The notes beneath the pieces were generated by a model. That model saw only the letters and a program-made list of their open reading frames with translations. It made no database searches and was not told the DNA's origin. Positions 20,806 through 32,600 of a stretch of DNA of 64,000 nucleotides are shown piece by piece. The position numbers and the translations under genes were made by a program. How positions within the stretch are numbered: position 1 is the stretch's first letter; every line of letters begins with the position of its first letter. The stretch covers positions 1 through 64,000 of the forward strand of contig NIVC01003051.1 of assembly GCA_002269645.1 (NCBI GenBank). Direction: 5' to 3'. The DNA is from Macrostomum lignano (Eukaryota).

Positions 20806-23800
20806 TCTAATCTCTCTCTTCATATCTCTAACCTCTATCTCTATCTCTAATCTCCATCTTCATATCTAATCTCTCTCTCCCTATCTCTAATCTCTATCTC
20901 CATACCTAATCTCTCCACCAATCTATATCTCTCTCCACATATCTAATCTTTCTCTTTATATCTAATCTCTGACCCCATGTTTTATCTCTCTTCCTATAGT
21001 TAATTCTCTCTCATACCTAATCTCTCTCCCAATCTCTAATCTCTGTACCTGTGTCCAATGCCTCACTCTGCACAAAGCTATCTAAATCATGAAACCCCAA
21101 TAAAATTATGCAATCACCTGACACTTGAACGGCTTCACTCCCGTATGCGTCACCATATGCTTGTTAACGTCTCCCTTGTCAGCGAATCGTTTCTGACAGA
21201 TCGGACAGGGGAACTGCCTCTGACCGGTGTGGCAGGTCAGGTGTCGGCGCAGATTAGTGTGCTGGTGAAAGCACTTGGCGCAGTAGGCGCACTGGTAGCA
21301 TCTCTGATCCCCTCTGCCGCCTGTCTTCCTCAGCCGATGCACCGACTTGACGTGGTTGGCCAGCAGATGGGATTCAGCGAACGCCGACTGGCAAATGGCA
21401 CAGATGCACGGCCGAGAGAACGACGAGCCGGAGCCGACTCCGACATCATCAGCCATCGGATCGTCGCCATCCTCGTCGCTGGCATCATTCTCGTCGTAGC
21501 CGTCGTCTTCATCGGAATCATCTTGAGCAGACTGGTGCGCGTCCTCTGAGTGTCGTTTGAGTCCAGCCAGGCTGGGGAACCACCGACCACAGCGGGGGCA
21601 CTCGTAACTGCCCGGATGGCTCAACAGGTGCCGGCGTAGTTCAGCTTCATCAACAAACCGACGATCGCACAGGGTGCAACGAGGACCGCTAATATTTTTA
21701 TTACTATTACTATTAGTAGTAGTATTATTATTAAGACTTCTAAGCCGACGCTGCTTCTTTGGAGACGAGCCAGCCTCTTCTCCGTCATCTCCTTGGTCAG
21801 GCCGATCAGTAGTCTCAACTTCGACATCGTCAGCCGACTGTCCGCGGCTGCTGAATTGCAGCAGACGAGAGTCGCGCAGATGGGCCTGACGAACGTGCCG
21901 GCTCAGGTATTCAACACGAGCGTAGCAGTTTCCGCATAGACGGCACTGGAATCGCTTGCGACTGCCTTCGGGTAGAAGCACCAGAGCGCTCTGCAGTGCG
22001 TCGTGTACTGACAGAGGCTCCTGATTAGAATTAGCTTCATCACCTGGTTCCTCATCAACCAGTTCCGTTGGAGCTTTTCTAGGCGAACTGGACATTGCGG
22101 TGAAGCCTTCTTGGGCCGCTACCAGAGCGCGAACCTTGAGAAAAAGAAGACAAAATATTGTTTTTATTATTGTGGTATGTGGCATTAATTTCTTAGCTCA
22201 CGGATTTAGCTTCAGATGTGGCGCAAAATATACCCTACTCTGTATTGTAGCATCAGATTTGGCGCTAAAAATACCCTACTCTCTCTTTCGTAGCTTCAGA
22301 TGTGGCGCCAAAATACCCTACTCTCTCAGTTAGCTGCAGATATGACAGCAAAAATACCCTACACTCTCTCTTGTAGCTTCAGGTGTGGCGCCAAAAATAC
22401 CCTTCTCTCTCTTGCAGCTTCAGATGTGGCGCCAAAATACCCTACTCTCTCTTGCAGCTTCAGATGTGGCGCTTAAAGATACCCTACTCTCTCTTTTAGC
22501 TTCAGATGTGGCGCCAAAAAATACCCTACTCTCTCTTGTAGCTTCTGATGTGGCGCCAAAAAAATACCCTACTCTCTCTTGTAGCTTCAGATGTGACGCC
22601 AAAAATACCCTACTCTCTCTTGTAGCTTCAGATGTGGCGCCAAAAAGTACCCTACTCTCTCTCTTGTAGCTTCAGATGTGGCGCCAAAGATTACCCTTCA
22701 CTTTCTTGTAGTTTTAGATATGGCGCCAAAAATACCCTACTCTCTCTTGTAGCTTCAGATGTGGCGCCAAAAATACCCTACTCTCTCTTGTAGCTTTAGA
22801 TGTGGCGCCAAAAATACCCTACTCTCTCTTGTAGCTTCAGATGTGGCGCCAAAAATACCCTACTCTTTCTTGTAGCTTTAGATGTGGCGCCAAAAATACC
22901 CTACTCTCTCTTGTAGCTTCAGATGTGGCGCCAAAATACCCTACTCTCTCAGTTAGCTTCAGATGTGGCGCCAAAATACCCTACTCTCTCTTGTAGCTTC
23001 AGACTTGACGCTAAAAATATTCTACCTTTCTTGTAGCTTCAGTTGTGGCACCAAGATGTCTTGAAACTTCAGATGTGGCGCCAGATGTGGCTTATGTCTT
23101 TCTTGTAGCTTCAGATCTGACGCCAAAAATACCCTACTCTCTCTTGTAGCTTCAGATGTGGCAGCAAAAATACCCTACTCTCTCTTGTAGCTTCAGATGT
23201 GGCGCCAAAATACCCTACTCTCTCTTATAGCTTCAGATGTGGCGCCAAAAATACCCTACTCTCTCTTGTAGCTTCAGATGTGGCAGCAAAAATACCCTAC
23301 TCTCTCTTGTGGCTTCAGATGTGGCAGCAAAAATACCCTACTCTCTCTTGTGGCTTCAGATGTGGCAGCAAAAATACCCTACTCTCTCTTGTAGCTTCTG
23401 ATGTGGCGCCAAAAATACCCTACTCTCTCTTGTAGCTTCAGATCGGACGCCAAAATCACGGGTCCTCTATAGCTTCAGCCTGATGTCAGAAAAGCAATTA
23501 GAATTGGAAAACTGGCATAGCTAAATTAAAAGACAGGACAAACCGCTAACCTGACTGCCAACGCTATCCGACAATCTTTTAGAAGCGGTTGCAACCCGAA
23601 TAGTCGATATTGGCGCAGTGGAGCTAACGGCAGTTGAATTAGTTGACATTGACACCGGTTTCACAGCCGATCTGGGTATGCTGATAACACAGCAATTATT
23701 TCTTCGTTCCACTGTAATACCACTAGACGAAGTTGTAGCTGTATTGTTAGTAGAACCTACTATGCTACTAACAGTAGCTGGAGTCACTGCACCAACAGAT

Positions 23801-24006
23801 TTTGACACTGTAGAACCGGAGGCATCGGACAGTCGAGTAATTTTAGTTCCAACACTATCATTTGATGGTTCAATTTTCACTTGGACTACAACTGGTTTAG
23901 AGGTGCCACCGCCCACGCTGGAGGCAGTGCTAAAGTGGCGAACCAATGGAGGCGATGCAGAAGAAGAGACAATTTCAACTCTTCTTGCTGCTGCTGTTGA
24001 AAACAT
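20198..24006 (-). CDS. Host C2H2 zinc-finger transcription factor, join(24006..23551, 22134..21118, 20482..20198), 7 fingers
   Basis: GT-AG phase-0 introns. The splice PFKCQ|VCDRRFGQRTNLRTH completes a finger. TGQRQF/TGVKPF linkers. Further upstream exons cannot be excluded. Confidence 0.85.
20600..21050 (+). repeat. Pyrimidine-rich ATCTAATCTCTC repeat with (CT)n, in intron 2
   Basis: Inverted counterpart of the 19585-20070 repeat. Confidence 0.8.
22205..23452 (+). repeat. ~41-bp minisatellite in intron 1
   Basis: CTACTCTCTCTTGTAGCTTCAGATGTGGCGCCAAAAATACC, about 30 copies. Confidence 0.95.
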
Positions 24007-27000
24007 TCTTTTTGGTTTGCTTCTGTAGACTGTAGAATTATCGAGTCAATTTAGCATGAAATTACAAAAAGTACAAATTCTACACTATCATTAACTGAGT
24101 TTGTCTTATTATAGATTAACTACAAATTTTAACTATAGCTATTGAATATTTCAGTGATAAGTTAATAAGTTATTTTTCAATTCCACAGAGTACAAAGTTT
24201 TCTAGAAGTACAAACTTTTTTGCTCAAACTTTTGCTTTAGATAAATTCTCAAAATTATTAAAACCTGCAAACAAGAATCTAACTTGAACATTCTGGAAAC
24301 TATGTACATTAAGGCCAACGAAAACAAACTTAAATAATTAATTTGCAGGGAATAGTAGAAGCCAACAACTGAATATATTCTGAGGTATGAAGGTACTTAT
24401 GTGTAATATTAAAGGGCCTTGCTTTTTTGTTAAAAAACTTCTATCTAAGTGGTATCTTCACTAGTTACTTTAGTTCTATTTTGTTTTTTATGCCTATATT
24501 CTATCAACTTTTGATATTGTATTGAATTTTTATGCAAAATATTTTGATTCTTTTTTAATCAAATCTTATAATATGTATCTAGTTTTGTGGTTGGCAATTT
24601 TTTATATATTATATATTTTTATATTACTTGCTAAACCACCTACTTTTAGAACCATAACCATGGTGACCAAGTCCCCATAGTCAGGATGATGTATATTACG
24701 CGGGAAATTTCTGGTGTACAATTGAAAATTTTACTTTTTTTGGTGCACAATTGGCGTAAAAAATGAGGCAAAATAAATTTGGCATACCTTTTGGCGTGAG
24801 GCCGTGGCATAAATATGCCAAGCAGTGTACGCCAACTCCAACCTTCACGCCAAAGTTAATATTAACAATTGTTGGCATAACGCCGTAACCTCAGAATCTT
24901 ATTATAAAATCATAAAAACCGTAAAACTCGTAAGATGAAAGTTCATAACTATTCCTGATCTATAAAAATTTAAAATTCCACATAAACTAATTGTGTTAAT
25001 TTTCTAAAAAAACTTCAACAAAAAAATTGATTTTTGTTGGCATTATTTGTAAGCCAATTTACTTTAAATGAAAACCACACATTTGTTAAATTTTTATTGT
25101 TAAAAAAATGTGTAACACACAAAAAAGGTCATTTATTGTCGCATAGCCTAGAAAACCTGGCGTAAGTTCCTAGGAACTTGGCATACATTTCAGTATGAAG
25201 TGGCATAGATTTTTTAAGGGACTTTTTATTCTAGCATATACCATGGCATAATCCTAACTATGGCCAAGTCCCATTGGTACTTGTCCTCTTATATTAGTCA
25301 ATAGAATAGAAACACCATAACCTGAACAATGATACTAACTATTTCATGTTTAACTTTGAGGTCCTAGGTCTTAGCCCTTAAATTTTAGCTACCTGCCTGT
25401 TTCCCGTACCTTATTTGTATACACATGATCATATATATAAGATCCTTTCAAGTTTTTTGCTTTTTTTCTATCTTAAATCTATATATTATAATTTTATTTT
25501 TACATTTTTAAGTTTTTAAAAAATGAAATATTAATTGCAATTATAATATACAAAAAATCAATTCATATTATTTAAAAAACTAGAGGCTTTTATTTGTAAA
25601 AAATAGTTTTAAATATTTTCTTTTGTCTAGCCTAACAATTGTATAATAATTAGGCTAGTTGTCTATTACAATGTAACTAGATAACACTTGCACTTTTTAT
25701 AGATTTGAATAGAATTTTATTTAGGTAAGACCAAAAATTAGTTTTTTGGCAAAACATATATTTTTATTGTCTAACCTTCTTAGGCTAGTCTTTACTCTAA
25801 GTTGTGTTTATTCAAAATCTAGGCTACTTTATAAAATCTTAGGACTAGTACTAATAATGCTAGTTGTAAGCCTTTTAATTATTAAATATGATGTGTTAAA
25901 ATTTATTAAATGATTTACATTATAACAAAATTAATTTTTTTACTTTCTATACTTGAAAAAAGTTTTCCAATTTAATATTAACTTAAATATTATTTTTTTT
26001 TATTCATAAACCTATACTCTAGGTTTTTTAAGGTAGGAAATCCAGATGCCAACTGGCCTTTCGCTCGAGACTGAAAATCCAGTTGTTAATGCCCATAGTC
26101 GGGAAGGTGGCACAGTGTGCGCCGGAACTATTTTGATGGCTTTTGAGCACTGTGCGCCGTGCGCCATAAAGAAAAGATTTTGTGCGCCGCAGCGCACCAT
26201 GATAAGGTAAGTCTAAGGTAAGGTAAGGAAAGGTAAGGTATTTATTCTACCGTAAGGAATTTACGGTAGACAAATTTGAATTTCATTTATGTATTGTATA
26301 TCGTGATTTACGTAATTTACATAATTTTATTTTACGAATTATGGAATTAGGCCTGACACTATATATTTTGCAAAGTATAACAATGTGTAACTATATATTT
26401 TTTTCAGCGCCATGCGCCATGTGCGCCGCCAGAGCATTTCCAATTTTTCCTTGTACGCCGTGTGCGCCATATATGCCAAAAAAGGGCCAATTTGCGCCGG
26501 AAAATTCACCAAAAACTGCCACCTAAGCTATGGCCATGGGTTAATGCCAATGGCTATTTTAGTATTTTTGGTTAGTTAGACTAGCCAAATTAGCCAAATT
26601 CTTGAGGATAGATATTTCTAAAGCTTATTAAAAATGTATAGGCCTACACTGTATGACTCTGGGAATGAGATTGTCTGGGACTTGTTATTGACATTGTTGA
26701 TTTTTGTAACTTAGCTTCGTATTTAAGCTAGTTTAGGCCTAATAAATATCAATATCTCTTATACCTATAACTCAAATTGGCAACTGGCAAAGGAAAAATA
26801 AAGTTGCCAGATAGGCCTCTAATGCCAAAAATCCAGATTGCAAATGAGATTTTCAAAAGGCCAAAAATGCAAAAACATTGCATAGCCTAAAAAACTAGCT
26901 TATAATTATAATTAATGTAATAATCAAAAACCTTTTAAACTATAATAATTAGCAAGAGTCAATTGAAAGGCTTATCTTTTAAGGAAAGTTATTGCTTAAT

Positions 27001-27986
27001 TAGACTTTCTCTTTAGTAACAACGACACAAGTAATCTGACCAAGTTAGTAATTTTAAGGATATTTAGAATTCTTACACTTACACTGCCTTAGGCATTCAC
27101 TTAACTACTTTAGGAAAATTGGTAGGCCTAAAATTTAACAATTTTCGAAATTTGTAGCCTAGGGGTGTAAGGTCTAAAAGCCTACTCATTTGACTTTTGT
27201 TTAGGTTCTTTTTCATGTTATTGACCTTAACAAAGACAATATTTTTAAAGTAGGTCTCTAAATTAAGATTTTAAATACTTGTTTAATAATATAAATCTAA
27301 TCTTAGTCTAAGACTGCGCCTACATAACGATTGTTTATACACTCCTATGTTATTTGGTGTAATCATCATCTAAAAACTTTGACAATACAAAGATAAAGAT
27401 GATTAGGATAATATAATACAGAAATAAGACTGGGTTTTGCATGGTAGATTTTTTCCGCGAAACAGTGTTCTTCCGTTAATTGTAAAATATGTTCACTATA
27501 ACAAATCTTACCATACTGTAAAGCATAGGCCTAGTTTAGTAAAAAGAATTTTTTGTTTCTTTTAAGCAAATATTTAATATTTTAAAAAATGTTACAGGCT
27601 TGTGTTTTTTGCTTTATGTGTAATATTTAAATAATTTACAAGACTTGCAGGCTAAAAGCAGGCCTGGACTCTGTGCATTCCCGTCTTTGGTCAACATTTT
27701 TCATTGCTGCTATCAAATTCTAAAATGCGCTGTGAAGGCTCTTGTATCAATGCTTGAAATCATATATAACTTGCAAATCAGTAATTTTCAAAATTTCTCA
27801 GAAGTCAGTTTATAGTTTGAAATAAAATAAAACAAAAATAATCAAATATCTACGCAGCCCGGCTCTTTCTCTCATATTATCGGTAGCTAGTAGTAGCTTT
27901 GATATTATGTCAAATCAATCTATACAGTTTGGTTTAAAACCATTATAAAATTTATTGGAGCAATCTTTGGCCAGCCGAGTTAATGG

Positions 27987-29046
27987 TGAAGTACAATGGG
28001 GTTTTCTCGGGGTGGCCTGGTAGGTCTTTGAATCCCACCGCTGCCACCAGTGAAGTACAATGGGGTTTCTTCCCGGTTTAGGCCCTTGCGGATTACCTTC
28101 AGACTCGGGCCTCTTCAGTGGGAAGTTCTCTCAACTCTCTCAGTAGCGTAGGTAGTGCTGCCACCAGTTCCTTCAGGTCTCGGCCTTCGGTGAGGTGAGC
28201 TTCCCGTCGGAACGAAATAATGAAGTCAACGAACACAGCACGACGTGCAGATTTGCAGCTCAACGTATAAGGCGTCTCGTCAGCAGTACCTGCCGGGCTA
28301 GGATGGTAGAGGGAGGGCTGAGTTAGCCTCTCGTAGACTTGGATTGGTTTGGTCGGGTCTCAGTCGGAGCAACAGGAACAGAATCAATGTGCGCAAAGAC
28401 TCGGACACTCGGGACTCAGTCACACGCGGACGTAGAACTCGAGGTTGAACAGAAGGAAGACCCCTTGACGGAAACAAGGGGGAGAGGGCTCCTATTTATA
28501 GCCGGGAAATTCCCACGCTCCAGACCTCGTGACTTGTTCTATTTTTAGAACTGACGTCACTCGAGAGTCTTGGGCAGGGTACAAGCGCGCGGAAGACCTC
28601 GTGACTTGTTCTATTTTTAGAACTGACGTCACTTGAGGTCCCCGGCCAGAGTACACGCGGCTGTGACTCAGTTGCTATTTTTAGCAACATGAGTCACTCC
28701 TCTCCTTAGAGAAGGGAGGGGTCCGAAAGCACGTGACTCACCCGGTAAACAGGGCCAACGAGTGCAGTAAACATGTTTACTGCACTTTAAGACTCAAAGA
28801 ACGCAAGAACTGTCATGTGACTTGCTCACAAGACAGGGAAAACGGGACGGGAGCGAAACAGAGACAGCCCACAGTCGAGAGACTGAGGGCTGAGAACGGA
28901 AACGCAGCAGGGCGGAAAGGACACGGGGGCAACAGGCAAGCGAAAGGAGGGCGGGAAGCTGACCAGCGGCAGACAGCAACCCAAAGGGAGGGCGAGGGAA
29001 CGGCTGACAAGGGTGACGCCTAGCCATAAACTAGCGGCTCACTACA
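27987..29046 (-). repeat. 3' LTR
   Basis: Matches 37483-38541; the only difference I noticed is one C in a homopolymer. Preceded on the sense strand by a PPT (GAACGGGGAGAG). Confidence 0.96.
28493..28740 (-). promoter_or_regulatory. LTR U3 promoter/enhancer: TATA, kB-like palindrome, two CRE, AP-1-like sites
   Basis: CTATAAATA (28493-28501), GGGAAATTCCC (28504-28514), TGACGTCA (28552 and 28624, in 40-bp direct repeats), TGA(C/G)TCA at about 28666, 28690 and 28733. Confidence 0.6.
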
Positions 29047-29689
29047 CTCTCCCCGTTCAAATAAAGAGGCGGAGTGAAGGCGGAGCGCGCCTTTATTTAA
29101 AAAGGTAAACTGCAGAAAATAAAATTTTGATTGGCAAAAAGGTGGTAACTTTGGCAGAATAGCAGAGAAGGGGCTGGGTTAGGCCCATGATTGGAACCCT
29201 AAACGCGTGTGCGGGGGCGCCTGCCCGCTTGAAGTCAGCGCCTAAATACCGGGTTGCACAAATAACTGCAGCGCCCGTAAAAAGGATGGCAAATACCGGT
29301 AATGGGACAAAAGAAGCCACAGTGGGCTATAAAAGCGCGGCTGGGCGAGGCCGTAGCTCGTACTACCGCCCCATACGGTATTAATGGAGTCACACCAAAG
29401 CATGAAGGGGGGCGCCAGCCCCATGATACGCAAGAGGCGCCTAAATATGGGGGATGCGGGAGTTCATGCAGAGCCCCGGGGGAAAAGGCAAAAGACTGGC
29501 CACAAGGGCACAAATGGTTGATGCCGAAAATGAGCACAAAGGACAAATGCCGCTCATATACGAAGAGGGGAAGTCAACGGCGCGACTGCGCAAAAATTCG
29601 CACGTGCAGCGCAGGGCTGCTGAGGGCGCTAGCAAAAGGGCGCGACGAAAATTGGAGTCACCTGGGGTTTGTCAGTCCAGGGTTTAAAG

Positions 29690-32600
29690 TTACTCTTGCC
29701 GGTCACAGTGGCGCACGAGATCCGGGACCTCCGGCGTCCGACCCGCCATCTGGGCCGCAATTAGCCGGGCGACGACGCGGGCCGTCTCGGGATGCGGCGG
29801 ACGTCTGAGCGTCGGTGCCGCGAGCTGGGCGGCCTCGTCCATTAGTCGCTGCCGATCCTCATCCGTAAGGGCGCGGAGACAGGCCCATCGCGGCCAGTCC
29901 GCGAGGGTTGGCAGTCGGTTCAATTGGGCGGCAGCAGTCAGCTGTTGGGCGATAAAATACACCGCCTCAATATAGCGGTTAACGGCAGCTTGAACAGCTG
30001 GCGAAAGGCCCGGTGGCGACGATCCGTTGTCCTCGGACTCATTGTCTGATGAGTCTGGGTCGCGTGGCTCCGGCGAGTTGGGCGGTGCCGGAGGGACTGC
30101 GTTGTTTGTAGGCAGGGCCTGTCGCAGCTCGGTGGTTAGCTCCTGCAGGGTGGTCGCCTCCGAATTGTTGCCGTCAGTCTGGCAGGCGGCCTCTACTCTG
30201 CCTGGGGCCACGGGGTTCTCCGGCTCGGGAACAGTTGGCAGCCAGACTTGGTCGTCGCGGGGCGGTGAAGCCGGTTCCAGTCGGAGCTCTGGCCCCGCTA
30301 TTCTGCAAAGAAAAACTAAGTTGGGGGCGGGCTGCGCCGACGGTTTGCTGGCGTCATCCGACGACTCTGGCCGGGCGTCCCGAGTTTCGATCTTAGTCGA
30401 TGTTGGAATCGGCTGCCGGGGCGCGAGCTGTTGTCGAAGCTCCGCTAGGCCTTCGGCGACGACTTCGGCGGCCGACCCACCGGCCGGTCGGTACTTAGTA
30501 GTCGGGCTTAGCCCCGGGGAGTCCGGCTCCGTCAAGTCAATGAAGACGGGCGTCGGCGGTCGGGGACGCTGGCGTCTCGATCCTTGAGCCTGATCAGCCG
30601 TCGCTGCGGGCTTAGGTCTCTCGCTGCTGTGGCCCGCGGCCTCTCTAGCCTGATCCTGCTCGACTTGCCAACGGATCTCAGCGATTCCTTGAGAGATTCC
30701 GTCGGTCGATGCAGTGGCTGCCAGGCTCGATGATGGGGCGGCCGCAATACGGCGAACAACGGGCGGGTTCTCCGAGGGCGTCCCCTCGGCACCGGCGGTC
30801 CGGTTGTGCCCCGGCCGCTGTCGCCTGCGGCGCCTAGGACGTGGCCGGAGTACCTCTAGTGGCGGTGACGGGGCTCTCTCCTCCTGAGGAAGGGTGAGCC
30901 GTAGCCGGGGAGGGATTCGGGCAACCTCCCGGTGTTCGCCCGACTCAAATTGGCCGCCGGCTGCCCCAATGGGCGGACCTGCTTCGGCCTCGTGCCGCGA
31001 GCGGCGATGGCGATTCTCCGCCGACGGCGTGCGCTCAGTGCGCTTGGCGGTACGGCGAGAGTGCATTTCTGCGCTGAAATGCGTTTCGATTTGTGCGCGG
31101 ATGCGGGCGGTGCGGCTAACATAAGTCTTAGCCTTAGGATTAATAATCAGCCTCTCAGGCTGCCTACGATTCCTAGCCGGCCTACCGGCATCTACAATTC
31201 CTACTGACGCTTCCACCGGAGTGGTGCATAGCGACGGCCCAGGGGTCTGGACCACAGATAAAGCAGCACTGGGGGCGGGAGCAGAAACGGGCGGAAAGGA
31301 AACGGCAGGCATAGACGCATCAAGAACAGGCTCATGCAAATGACATTCACCATACGGCACTGGCTCACGCCGAAGTGCACTTGCCTGGTTCGCTGGTGTC
31401 GTGACCGGTCCACCTCCTGGCTGCACCTCCGGGATCGCCAAAGGCCGGAAGTGCCATCGGAAGGCCGGCCTTGCGTCGTAGCCGTCATCATCATCATCAT
31501 CGTCGGGGTCGTCCTGGTCGTCCTCGGGAATCGGCGTCAGGGTCGCGGGTCCTGCGCTGTCGGGGACGTCGGGCGGTCGCCGACGCTTCTTCGGTTTGTC
31601 GACTTCAGGATCGGAAGTCCTCGTGTAGTCAGCGTCGGGCACGAGCAGAAGGTTCCGGCGATGGACGACTAGTTCGTCTCGTCTAGCTCTCGGGTTGGGC
31701 AGTCTCCGTCGTATCTTGTAGACGACCTCGCCCTTGGGCTCGACGACTTCGTATAAGGCTTTGCGAGGTCGATGAAATTTCGCCGCTTCGTCCGGTTTGA
31801 GCACCGGGTTGTTGAGGAAGACCAGATCGCCGGGTTGGAGCTTCTTGGCGGCGGGCAGGTTCGAGTAGTGCTCGTCTCGCAGTTGTTGGTGCAGGTGCAG
31901 GCGCTCCTTGGCCAGCTCAGTCGCCTCGTCCAGGCGACACTGGAAGTCTTTGACGTAGTCGGGCAGATCGGCGTACTCAGGCAGCTTCTTCAGCGCGTTG
32001 TCGATCGGGAGTCGGAAGTCACGGCCGAACACCAGGTAGTGAGGCGTGAAACCTGTCACCGGGTGGACGCTGGAGCGGAGAGCCATCAGGCAGGCTGGGA
32101 GGTAGGTATCCCAGTCGTTGTGGTTGCGCTCAAGCAGACAGGTGAGGACCTTCTTCAGTTGTTTGTTCAGATTCTCGACTTGTCCATTGGAAGCTGGGTT
32201 GTATGGTGTTGTTGTCGTATGCCGAATGCCAAACAGGTCGCAGAACTTCTTGAAGGCCGAACCGGTGAAGTTGGTGCCTTGGTCGGTGTGGATCCAGCAT
32301 GGTACACCGAACTCGGGGATGAAGCGCTCCTGCAGAAGCTTGATGACTGTTTTGGCTTTCTGGTTTCTCATCGGGTAGGCGAATGGATACTTCGACGTCG
32401 CATCGCACAAGGTCAGGATGTAGCGGTTGCCGCTCTTGCTCTTCTGCGCGATTGGTCCTACTACATCACAGTGTATTCTACCCAGAACTTCGCAAACTGG
32501 AAAGCTCTGGACCGGAACTCTCTCTCGCCGTCGCGATTTACTTTCAAGGCAGGTGCGGCACTTACTGATGAAGGTCTTGGTAGTACGGGCTAATCCGGGT

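Noticed and set aside
26200-26245. Cluster of GGTAAG splice-donor-like motifs
   Set aside because: Simple repeat on the strand opposite the host gene; no linked exon
29690-31140. env gene
   Set aside because: No signal peptide, furin site or transmembrane helix seen
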